Below, piece by piece: positions 1 through 11,129 of a stretch of 64,000 nucleotides of DNA; within the stretch, counting starts at the first letter, position 1, and every line of letters starts with the position of its first letter. The DNA lies in assembly GCF_036321535.1 (NCBI RefSeq), contig NC_087436.1:7378001-7442000 (forward strand). Reading direction: 5' to 3'. The position numbers were made by a program, and so were the translations under genes. The notes under the pieces were generated by a model. That model ran no database searches. It had not been told where the DNA came from and worked only from the letters and a program-made list of their open reading frames with translations. Origin of the DNA: Camelus dromedarius (taxonomy: Eukaryota).

Positions 1-889
1 ATGGTGTTATTTAGATCCTGCTCTTAAAACACCCCTCAAAATAGTACGAATCAAAAGTGAAGAAACACGACATCCTGCATACAGACTTTCATGATCCTGG
101 CAGAATTCTTAATGTATCTTTTGTGAAAAAGTTAACTTTGTTTCAAAATTAATTTCTCATCTAATACCATTGGTATTACTAGAAATTTCCTAAATAAGTG
201 TCTAACAAAATATAAATAGGTGACCCAAAAAGAAAGAATTCTGATTCTCTAAAGACTGACTTTGAATCACAGTTATCATGGCAACAACAAAACTGTGGCT
301 TTGCAAAATGATCATTTATTTTAGAAGCATGGAACTTCAACATTTTGGATCTTATGCGATATGACAATGAATCTCCTTTGAGACTGGTCTTGAATTCAGG
401 ATGTATTTCTGGGCCAAAATTGCCAGTTTGGAAGCAATTAACAATTTTTGACCTATTTACAGACCTCTCCAGGTTTTCTTCACTTTCACTTTATTCTTTC
501 TGTCTTTCGTCTCTCCATCCTGAGAAGCTTTGGGATGAGCTTTTCAAACTTTCTGACAAATGACTGCTCTGAGAGGAGACCACATCTCCTTCCTGCTCAG
601 AGAACGAGCTACTGTGTGTATGACCCAGAGGTCAGCCGTCAGAACTGGACCCAAGAGGCGTTTACTAAGCGTCCTCCAGTCGTGAGTGTGGGAGAGGCCG
701 CAGGGAGGGCTGGGCTGGGGTGTTGGGGTAGAGAGGATAAAATGGCTAAAACACATACCAAAATGGACAGAGTATGTTTTCAGTGTTGCCCATCCGGCTG
801 TATCTTAGGCTGGACATTGAAATTTCTCCATATTAATTCAGGAAAAAACCCTATAATTTAAAAACTTTAGACACGTCAAGATGATTGCA

Positions 890-1115
890 TTTAGAATCGG
901 AAGATCTGGGTTAGATCACTGCCTTTCTAATGTTCCAGCCTTAAGTGATCTTAAGTGAGTTAACCTTGTGTTCTTCAATATTCCCATCTGTAAAGTGAGG
1001 CTTATAATGCGGTCCTAAATGGCTTTCATGAAGATTTCATGAGGATTAATATGTTAATGTACATGTGAATACAGTTTCAAAATATTAAGGTCTATTTAAA
1101 TATAAGATGCTATTG
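890..1115 (+). mobile_element. MIR SINE fragment
   Basis: MIR-core-like motifs: 'gtgatcttaagtgagttaacc', 'ttcccatctgtaaagtgagg', 'gaggattaatatgttaatgtacatgt'. Confidence 0.75.
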
Positions 1116-1141
1116 CTTTTTCACAATCATTATACTGTAGT

Positions 1142-1186
1142 TAACGTAAATTTATGTAACGTAAATTTATGTAACGTAATTTTATG
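1142..1186. repeat. 15-bp tandem repeat, 3 copies (TAACGTAAATTTATG)
   Basis: Units at 1142-1156 and 1157-1171 are identical; 1172-1186 has one substitution. Confidence 0.95.
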
Positions 1187-1239
1187 CAAATTTACACGTG
1201 TGCTTGTGTGTGAAAATTTGCTTCCTGAAGGCTGAGACT

Positions 1240-1820
1240 AGAACCCTGATACATTGCTTGTGGGATGTAATATAACAGAGCTCCTTTGGAAAGTGGTTTT
1301 ATCATGTCTTAAAAATGTTAAATATACGCTTGTCACGTCATCTGGCATTTCTATTTCTAGGCATTATCCACAAAAGACTTCCATGTGAATGTTGGTAGCA
1401 GCCTTGCTCCCAACAGCTCCAAACTGCAAACAAACCCAGTGTCCATGTTCCAATTGATGAATAAACAAACTGAGGTATATCCTTACAAAGGAATATTATT
1501 TGCAATTAAAAAGAACAAAATGTTGATGCATTTAATGACATTTATGAACCTCAAAAAGTCCCTAAGTGAAAGAATACATATGAAATGGTTCGATACAGTA
1601 TAGCAAGTTTCTAGATAGGATAAAACTGTGTCAGAAAGCGGATCAGTGGGCTTGGTCCTGAGAGTGGAGACTGCTTACAAATGGACATGCTAGAACTCTG
1701 GGGGTAACGGAAATGTTTCAGATGGGAGTTGTTTGTAAAATCAGATCTAGTTGCTAAAACTCATTGGCACATTGATAATGGGAGAATTGTATGGCCTGTA
1801 AATTATATTTCAGTAAAGCT
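1240..1820 (+). mobile_element. Old L1M-type LINE-1, ORF2 end/3'UTR fragment
   Basis: 'ccaaactgcaaacaaacccagtgtcc', 'gaataaacaaactgaggtatatcc...ggaatattatttgcaattaaaaagaac', ending 'gtaaattatatttcagtaaagctg'. Confidence 0.8.
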
Positions 1821-1854
1821 GGACAGGTGGGAGATTTTATTTAGGTTTTGCTAT

Positions 1855-2076
1855 CAGGGAAAGTCTCTATGGAAAAAACATTGAAGCTGAGACCTGAAAA
1901 ATGAATAGGAATTAAGAAAAGCAAAGAGTGTTCTGGGCAGGAAAGAGAATAGACTTTTCAGGTGTCCAGAGTTTGGTGACAGAAGGAAGATGCTGGAGAA
2001 TTAAATAGAAACAGTCATATGGAGCATAGAGAAAGCACTAAATAATTCCTCGTTGAATGGATGAGTAGATGAATGA
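1855..2076. mobile_element. L2 fragments
   Basis: Antisense L2 motif 'ttgaagctgagacctgaaaaatga' and L2-like tail 'gttgaatggatgagtagatgaatga'. Confidence 0.5.
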
Positions 2077-2703
2077 TGTCAGGGTTGGAAACTTCATTGA
2101 TAAGAACTCACAGTCTCTCAAAGTCACAATCTCTCATTATGAATTGAACTACTACTCCTTACATTAACATATTTGTTCTTCCTTTTATTGATTCCACATC
2201 TGCTTTCTCACAGATGACATCCATCCGTCTTGCTCCTGTATGTCTGGGGCTGTGGTACAGATGTCCAGCGCTTCAAATGTTTGTACGACACTAACACGCC
2301 ATTTCATACCTTCTCCAGGATGTAGTCTGGAGTTTCCCTGGCTCTTTTTCACCTGATTTGTTTTACAGAGCCTTTCCTGCTGGATTGACAGTAACCTTGA
2401 CGTGTCCTCTCTCCCTATTCAAATGTGATCCTGAGAGCTGAGAGCAATGCGCATGTGGACCGAGGCAGCCGTGACGGGGCAGCTCGGGCCCCTCTCTCTA
2501 CTTTAATGCCTGGTATTAACAAGGCCCAGGATTAGAGTAACTTTCTAATGACTACAACGTGACATGAACTAAAATGGTGTTTAGTGTTGAATAAAACCTG
2601 TTTTCCTTTCTTACCTTTTGCTGCTGCAGCTTTTGCTTTTTATCTCCCAAGTTATTACCATAAAATTAAACAACAAAACCTTATATTTACCTGCATTATT
2701 TTT

Positions 2704-3395
2704 ATTTTTTTACACTTTTTTATTGAAGTATAGTTGATGTTCAATATTATATAAGTTGCAGGTGTACAATATAGTGATTCACAATTTTAAAAGGTTATGC
2801 TACAATTATAGATATTACAAAATATTGGCTATATTCTCTGTGTTGTATAATATCTTTGAGCTTATTTTATACCTAATGGTTTGTACCTCTTAATCTCCTA
2901 CCCCTATGTTCCCCCCCGACCCCTCTGGTAACCACTGATTCATTCTTTATACTGCGAGTCTGCTTCTCTTTTGTTGTATTCACTGGTTTGCTGTTTGTTG
3001 TTGGTGGAAATATAAATTGGTGCAGCCACTGTGCAAACATTATGGAAGTTTCTCAAAAAACTAAAAATAGAACTACCATATGACCCAGCAGTTCCACTCC
3101 TGGGATATATATCCAAAAAACAAGAACACTAATTCAAAAAGATACATGCACCCCAATGTTTACAGCAGTATTATTTCCAATAGCCAAGACATGGAAGCAA
3201 CCTAAGTGTCAATCAACAGATGATTAGATAAAGTAGATGTGATATATATACACAATGGAATACTACTCAGCCATAAAAAAGACTGAAATGTTGCCATTTG
3301 CAGCAACATGGATGCACTTGGAGAGCATTAGGCTAAGTGAAATAAGTCAGACAGAGAAAGACAAATACTGTATGATATCATTTATATATGGAATC
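2704..3395 (-). mobile_element. 5'-truncated L1 with 5' inversion (twin priming)
   Basis: L1 3' end on the minus strand 2704-~2993, then upstream L1 sequence on the plus strand ~2996-3395; TSD CATTATTTTT at 2694-2703 and 3396-3405. Confidence 0.9.
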
Positions 3396-3449
3396 CATTA
3401 TTTTTTATAGGGGCTTGTTTTCTATATCCAGACTGAAATTGTTTTGGAT

Positions 3450-3550
3450 TCTAATTCATTCACAAAATATTTGTTGAACATCTTTACTAGGTAAACGTGA
3501 TCAATAAGGAGTGAGTTGCTTGCTGCTATCAAGGAACTCATATTCTAGGG
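3450..3550 (-). mobile_element. L2 3' end
   Basis: 'attcattcacaaaatatttgttgaacatct...tgctatcaaggaactcatattctagggg'. Confidence 0.6.
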
Positions 3551-3954
3551 GCTTTGAATTACTTTAAAATACAATCAGATTACTATTGTTTTTTTTTCCT
3601 AGCTTCATCCAAGCTTTTAAAAAATACAGAGTTCAAGGTTAAGGGTGGCACCTTTCTGGAAGCTTTTCCCAATACTGACTTTTATAGGTTAATAAGTACC
3701 ACATCATTCAACTAGCATAATAATTATTCCTGAACATTCATATTCAGGCTGAATTCCAGATACTTTATGTGTTCTGTTGTCTCCCATCTCTCCCTGTTCC
3801 ATTGCTTCTGTCTCCCTAGGGAGGAAATGAATTTAATGTATCTTTCTGAGACAGAAGATCCTAGTTAGGCCATCTCCCTCTTTGAGGCCATCTCCCACAT
3901 TCCCTGAAACCCTATTTGGCTTGAAATAGCAATAGAAGGAGTTGTAATACGGAT

Positions 3955-4150
3955 CATAGTAACGGCTAACATTTACCGATCAATTACTAGCTTTCATACT
4001 CAGTATCTGATGCTTAACTGAATTTTCAATTAATCTTCACAATAGCTAAATGATGTAGATTCTATATTATCCTCATTTATGTATGAGGAAGTGGAATCAT
4101 AGAGCATTAAGCAACCTGTCTAAAATCACACAACTAATAAGGATTGTAGC
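3955..4150 (-). mobile_element. MIR SINE
   Basis: 'taatcttcacaatagc...attatcctcatttatgtatgaggaagtggaatcatagagcattaagcaacctgtctaaaatcacacaacta'. Confidence 0.8.
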
Positions 4151-7087
4151 TATTTCCCGGCATCCTTAACTGGCTTGTTAACGGCCCTTCCTGAAAATCA
4201 AAACCATTGCATGTCCTGTCTAATGTGATCCTTCAACAGCTGCCTGTGGGTTACTCTAGGAAGATAAAAATCATTTGTAAGCAAGTCATGAACTTTAAAA
4301 TGTGGTCTGCATGTAGAAGAATGAGGGCTCTGATTAAAGCCTTACCTCACTGCCCCGCCTTGCCTGTGTGCAAGTTCTGATGTGCATGGTAACTCATCCC
4401 CCTTTTGGCACCTTAGGTTGGAGGACCTGTGGTCTAAGTTCACTTTTTGCAGGTGAGATAGTAGCTGGGGGCCTCCTTCCATCCACGAGCTGAGTGAAAT
4501 TAATTTCACAGCCCTCAGGGATTCACAGCCTCATCTCTGTGAATTTCTAGAGGACTTACCTCTCAGGAGCACGTGGTCCTGTCTCTCTTCCACCCAGGAG
4601 AAATTCAGCTCCCTTTTTGATTTCCCACAAAAATAGTATTTGTTCAGAGAATTTTGAGTTGATGGGTGGACTGAGTGCGCTTTGAGACAGGGTTTATATG
4701 TTGCAGAGAAAACAACTTGAAATGGGAGGGTGGGTCTGCCTGGTCGTGGATTTCCACGAGATGAGTGGAGCTGAGCAGCCTGGGCCCCTTACCTGCATGT
4801 GTTTCCTTCGACGATCTGCTCTTAACTTGAAATTTGGGGTTCTTTTGTTTCCTAATGAGAACCACCAGAATTGTGTGAGCTGCTCCCTACAAAGCCTAGA
4901 CTAGCTTCTGCTCATGATTTTTAGTGTCTTTCAGCTGTTTTTCTAAGGTAACGTTTTCTTCACTTTAACTCCCCAATTTTTCTAATCTCTCTTCATCACC
5001 CAAGTTCTTTCTCTTCCTCTTACTTTCTTCCTTTCCTCTGTCAACAAAACCCATCTATTTGTTTCATTTGAATTTATTCTCCTCTCCAACGTTTTGGTGC
5101 TCCAAGGGGACGCTGCCCCAAGTTCGCTATCTTTCTCCAGGATAGATCCCACAAGAAAAGGACTTCTCATGCCAATTCTTTCAGTTAAAAAAGTTTCTCC
5201 ACCTCATGACATAAGAATTTACCTCCATTCTTGTTCAACATTGATTACAGACTTTTCAACTTATTGCACAAAAATATCTGTCTTTGATCCCAATGGGTCT
5301 GTTTCTTATGAGAAGAGTATGCATGTCTATTGCTGAATTCTAATTTTAAGCCAACCTTTTGCCTTCTTAAGCAAAACCTATACCTTTGTCTCACTTCTCT
5401 TTTTTATAATTCATTGGGGGTTTTACCTATTCTTTGAAGCTCACCCATGAACCCTCAGGCCAGCTGATACCATGTTAAGTATCCCTGAAGTACAATTACT
5501 ATTACCCAGAATACATGGCAAAATGTGCTGAATCACTTTGAAAATTTATCTTTATTCTCTATAGTTTTAACTTTCCTATTCTGTTCTTTGAGATCTTTTG
5601 GGGGAGATGTTCTGCGTGAACACAAGGTGTGGAATTACTATATTCTTACTATTTTGTGGACCGGACATTCTGTAGTGGGTTGAAGTCTACCATAGGGTTT
5701 AAAATATTTTTTTTTTTTATTACAGCACAAAGTGACTCTTCTCTTTGAAAACACATTAAAGGTTGAAAAAGTCATTAGGATGTGAATGTGGATCTCAGGA
5801 TTTGATGTACTACAGTTGGAGCTGTTATATTAATGAAAGTGAGATGATCTTGGAAACGACTCACATAGTCATAAAGTTGTAACACACAGTGGGATCCATT
5901 AGTATATCTGGAAATGATGTGATGTTATCAGAGAAAATGGGTTTTGTCTTAATGGGGAACAAATATGAGCAGAACATACAGCTGAATTTTAGAAGACTCC
6001 AAGAGGACTTAAAAGCTAAAAGTACCCCTGTCTCTTAAAAGTCATTGAAATAGAATCTATTATTGAAGATGATTACACTGACAATGATGGTATTATTGAA
6101 TGTATCAGCTAAGAAAGGCAGAAATTAAATACTATAATATTGTGACTTTCCACCTAGCTTTTCATCCATACAGCATCTCTGCTGATACACAGAAGTGTCT
6201 CCTGTGCTTGCGTCTTACGTCGGCAGCTTCAGAATCGGACATAAATTCCTTCCTCTGAAAGCCATTCCAGTCCCCTGTTTTGAAAAGTGGCTTTTGAAAT
6301 AGATGTTGGGGATAAAAACCAAGATATTAAAAATTCACTGTTTATTTCCTGGGATTGCAATTAAAGTGGAATGGTCACTTGGCCTCCTATGTTAGGGGAA
6401 TGTGAGCAAAATTTCTTAAGGCAAATGCACAAGCAACTGGGTATGCCTGAAGTGGGAAGTCTGCTCGACTAGCTCTGGGGTGAGTGCTGTGACGGAGAGG
6501 AGGCCACTCACCCTGATGAGAACTTCTGGAGTCACAGCCCAGTGAATTTTTGATCCCAGGGTCTCTGAGACGTCTCACCCGCTAAGTAGTATTTGGAAGT
6601 CTGTAGTGTTACCTTATTACCATCTTATAATTGACTCTGATCCTGAACCGAAGGAAATCTCACCTCTCAATTTAGAAACAATATCTTCAGATGATTTCAC
6701 ATGTTCCACTCGTAACCTGCAAAGCCGAGTAGGCTATACAAAGAAAATGTATTTTCTGTGTTTAAGCAATCATGTATGTGACTTGTTGAAAATGGATAAA
6801 GTAATAATATATAATCTGTTCAAAAATCTGGGGACTCATAAACTAAGGCTAATGACCATAGGGGAAGATTTTTATGAAGATGTTAATGTTTTAAAATAAA
6901 ATTGTGATTTCTAGGGATAAGCAGAAGCCTTAGTAAGGCAACCAACTGATATTCATTAAACTGGTATCATTATGAGTAAGACAATCATTTATATGTTTTA
7001 AAGATGATGAAGGGAGTTAGGAGGTGATAAGAGTACTCATACCTCTGGCAGGTGGTTTAGTCTGGAAATCCTGAGATTGCTACCAGC

Positions 7088-7172
7088 CTGTCCTCCACTG
7101 TATCTCGATACAGATCACAGCACCTTGAACACTGCAGATGTTTAACAAACGTTCATTGAATGAATAAATGAA
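7088..7172 (+). mobile_element. L2 3' end
   Basis: 'cacagcaccttgaacactgcagatgtttaacaaacgttcattgaatgaataaatgaa'. Confidence 0.7.
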
Positions 7173-7623
7173 GCTATCATGCCGGCCCTCTGGTAGCTGA
7201 CAATTTAGCTGGGGAGATAGACCCATAAAGACATCGTAATTCTATGCTTGTGTTAATGATAATGATGATGGCCATTTGGAGGGTATTTCCTTTGTGGTAG
7301 AAACTATGGTACGTGTGGGACATCTATGATTTCTAATCTTTTAAACAATCATGAAGGATAATAATTATAAACTAGTAGCTGACACTTGTCTAATGCACCC
7401 TACGTGTTAGTCTTTTTTCTCTGTTTGAGAGAGGATGTGTTAGAGATAAGAAAGTAGGCAGGGGGCACTCATTTTTAGGCAAAGGGCACACCCTACGTCA
7501 AGGCATAGAATAGCTTGTTCAGGCACCGAGGTAGTTGCTTTATTTCAATGATCAAATCACTTGTAAATGATGTTGGAAGGCGGTTTTACCCGAGAGCTCC
7601 TGCCAACCTGACCTTCGTGTGAC

Positions 7624-8660
7624 ATGAGTCATTATTTTCCGTGAAAAGTGAACTTTTTAATGTAAGATCAAACTTAACTCCTTCTCTAGTCTATGCTGTT
7701 ACAGACCATGGTCTTGGCTTCATGACGGCTGGAGGGGAGCTGGTCAGGATTCCCTCTCTGTCCGGCCAGAGACACTACAAGTGTGACATCAGTGAGTGTC
7801 CCAGCGAAAGGAGAAATTACACTGTCCTGAGTCTTAAAACTCTTACCAAATGTTCTTTTACACTGTGGAAGGCTCAGACTCCTGTAAATCGAAGAAATGC
7901 TGCTGAAGTCGCTCTCAGGCTGCCTCCCCGGGTCCCCACCATGGCTTTTATGTCAGCATAATGCCAAGACACAAAGCAAGCGCGTGATTCTCAGCCGCTC
8001 TGAAAAAAGCCACTTGGGGTTTCTCTGTCTTTAAAATATGGCAAAAGTGATTTCAGCAAATTATGAGTCACATTAGTGCGAGGAGGTGACAAATTACAGA
8101 TGAAACTGAGAAATCCCTCCAGGAGAGGTTTCTAATAAAATTGTCAACACCCTTTTCGAGGGGCCCAGCTGGAGGCGGCCGCAGTCTTTAAGATCACACG
8201 GCCCCGGACTGCCTTTTCTCTCCTTTACGGAAGCACTAACATCGGCCACGGGTGGTAAGCAGCAGCCAATTAAGCTCCCACTTTGAAAATTAATAGCATT
8301 ATGCAGTGTGACAGTCTCCTGGTCCTGGCCTCTGTGTGTTAACCCTTCGGCCACGGTTACTTCTCTGCTTCCCCAGGGAGTATGTTTCATTCAGCAGCCA
8401 GGGCTGCCAGTGAGCCCGCCCGTCTCTCCTTCCTTCTCCCACTGAGCTGGGGCCTGTGTGAGCAGAGATCCCCTTCCCGGGACCAACCCCCCTCGCAGTG
8501 CCTGTCGCCTGCTTCCCCTGTGGACACAGGGGTCCACATGCGCTCTAGCAGAGGGTCATAGCGCGTGTCTTAGGTCCACACGTTTCCTGCTGGGGATTCC
8601 CGGGACCAGAAGGTACAAAGGTGACGTTCCATTAGCTGCATTTTCTCCTACGACCTGGAG
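7624..8660. promoter_or_regulatory. Candidate inducible enhancer (AP-1, STAT GAS, IRF-like, NF-kB motifs)
   Basis: TGAGTCA 7625-7631 and 8064-8070; TTCCGTGAA 7637-7645; GAAAAGTGAAC 7643-7653; GGGGATTCCC 8592-8601; raised GC/CpG at 8150-8660; no recognisable repeat. Confidence 0.4.
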
Positions 8661-9467
8661 CCATTTCCACTAATAAGACTGAGAGCTGCCTATTGAATTT
8701 AAAACTACATTATAATTAGTCTTCATATGGATCGCATAGGGGTCCTACCCCCGTTTCCTTCAGACTCTGTTGTCGTTGTCACTAACACACACGCCCCATT
8801 TCAAGCCACATCTTCACGGGGAAGTTTGGATGATGACAGTGAGCGTCTAGGTTGTAACGTTCCTGACCTCCACTCCCAGTTACCGTCCATCCCGTAGGTT
8901 CGTGGAAGATTAACCTTTGTGTTAATATTTTCTGTTTGGGGACTTCAGATTTTCCCATATTTCTACCACGTTAAATCGAATGTGATTCAGGGAGTAGGTA
9001 GCATTGGGCCAGGAGGTAAAAGTCCTATATTTGACTTCAGTGATCTACTTATTCAGGTTTTTCCTCCTTTCCTTGTCTATCACTGCATTTCTTTCATTTC
9101 AACAATATACTATGAGCATGGCCAGACCCAGTTCTATCTTTCCTGGTAAATAATCTACAGACTTTTCTGACACACTGCCGTTATGGTTCTTGGTCAATTA
9201 CTTCTTGTTTGGAGATGATTTCAAAGAACAAACTTTCACGTTATTTAAAAAAATGTCCACACATTTTGCATGATACTCCACAATATCCTTGTGTTCAGTG
9301 AAAAAAAAAAATTATGCTTCACATCACTTGCCATTCACATGTGCATTCTACAATGCACATCGTATTTATCTTGTGGAATTAGGGGAGGCACACGTGTTCC
9401 CTGTCATCTCTCCCTGCAGGACACCATCTTCACAGAGAAGCTGTGCACTTCCTTGCTCACTTCTGCG

Positions 9468-9470
<3 letters not shown>

Positions 9471-9504
<34 letters not shown>
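9471..9504. repeat. (TG)n microsatellite
   Basis: About 17 TG units with one interruption. Confidence 0.95.
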
Positions 9505-9505
<1 letters not shown>

Positions 9506-9963
9506 TTTGTCTCCCTGCTTCTTCACATCAAGTCAGCCTCATCTCCACTTCTTTTTTGAAGACTTCCTCAGGTCCCGCAGGTTGACAGGTCTTCCTCCCG
9601 CCGCCTTTTAGTTCTTAAAAATCTGAACGCTGCTCCACGAGTTTATTGGGCACCTGATTTGAAAAAAAAGAGAAAAACCTGCTTCTCGACTGTCTTGTAC
9701 ATTTCACCTGTTTTAATCATGGTTTCCCAGGTCGACGTTAAGTTCCTTAAAGGCAGAGGCTGTATTTTAAGCTGAATGAATGTCAGCAAGAACACTCCAT
9801 CCTCATCTGGGTAGGAAATAGGTTCTCAGTAAACCCTTTTTGAGTGGGTTAGTGGCTGATTGTGGAGGGTTTCTCAATTACGGGCATAAGAGTTAAAAAG
9901 GTGAAAATCAACGATATTTTTGTTTTGATAGTTGGACCTTCCTTTGGAAAAATAAAATGACAG

Positions 9964-10080
9964 ACAGATGTGTTTCTTCACAAGGCAACTCTGTGTTATT
10001 GGTACAGCAGGCTGAGGATTTCCAGTGGTGGTGATGTCTACACCTGGTGGGTTACAACTCACCACTGGATGTACTGAGAA
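9964..10080 (+). repeat. Left arm of 117-bp inverted repeat with internal hairpin
   Basis: Aligns without gaps to the reverse complement of 10910-11026 at 90/117 identities (hand count). Confidence 0.95.
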
Positions 10081-10909
10081 CACATGGGCAGAAACTCTTC
10101 ATTCCAAGCGACCTTTTTGTTACAAGAGTGATAAACTGTGCTTTCATTTGTATTTTTCTGGTTCGCTTTATTTAATTTCTTTTTCTTGTGTTAAAGAGCT
10201 CTTACGGACGCGTCACTTAAATAAATGATTCCACTGAGGAACAAGTTTAGGGTAAGGATGATCTAATTAATTTCACTCTGACTGCTAGTTGTGGTTAATT
10301 TTTCTGAAACCTCGTTATGCTTGTGGTCTTCCCGCACCTTTCAGTAGTTGGCTACATACTGGTTTTTTTTTTTTTTCCCTTCTAATAATTTTTGTACAGA
10401 TTCAGTCCACCTCATCAGGGCAGAATCTGTTCTTGCAAATACGTGTGTACCCCGCTGTGCTGGGGACCCTAAATACACAGATTGGCGTTCCAGCCTGAGC
10501 TGAGACAAGGCAGAGCTGAGCAATGAACAGTACACCTTCAGAGGAAAGTGCCAGAAGGCTAATCCCTTATTTCATACTCAATTTGCATTTCATAATAGTC
10601 CTCTGCCCTTGCGTGTGTATATAAACGTTTCCCTTTTCAAATGCTTTCACGTTATAAGCTTATTTCACCCTCTTTGGTATTTTGTTCCATTGGTTCCTGA
10701 CCTTTTATGATAACAGTGCCTCAGGTTGATTTTATAAACTACACATGACACTTGTAATTCAGTTTCTGTTATCCTTTGTGTCAGAGCAGTTTTAAATAAT
10801 CCTTTTATAGGAGAATTTTGCTTTTGAAAAACCAAACACCATTCTTCTCAGTTTTATAGTTCAGAAGGTTTTCTGTAGGCTTTTAAGTATCTTTAGCGGT
10901 TTATAAATT

Positions 10910-11026
10910 TTCTCAGCACATCCAGTGACGGGTTGTAACCCACCAGGGTTAGACATCACCGTCACTGGAAGTACTCAACCTGTTGTAGCCTCAATACCAA
11001 GTTGCCAACCAAAGGGACACATTTGT
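10910..11026 (-). repeat. Right arm of 117-bp inverted repeat with internal hairpin
   Basis: Reverse complement matches 9964-10080, e.g. 'cctggtgggttacaac' and 'cactggatgt' are shared. Confidence 0.95.
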
Positions 11027-11129
11027 GTACCACCTGTCTGCTCACCTACCTACCTGCCTCTCACCTCCAATGACTCCCGGGGCCGGGAGATGGAGTAGAT
11101 GGGACCCTGCTTGTCAAGCGTTACATGCA

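Noticed and set aside
1142..1186. CRISPR-like array
   Set aside because: Head-to-tail tandem repeat without spacers in mammalian DNA.
2448..2457. NRF1-like TGCGCATGTG
   Set aside because: Incomplete motif outside a CpG island or promoter context.
7099..7114. Palindrome CTGTATC-tc-GATACAG
   Set aside because: Short, inside an L2 fragment, compatible with chance.
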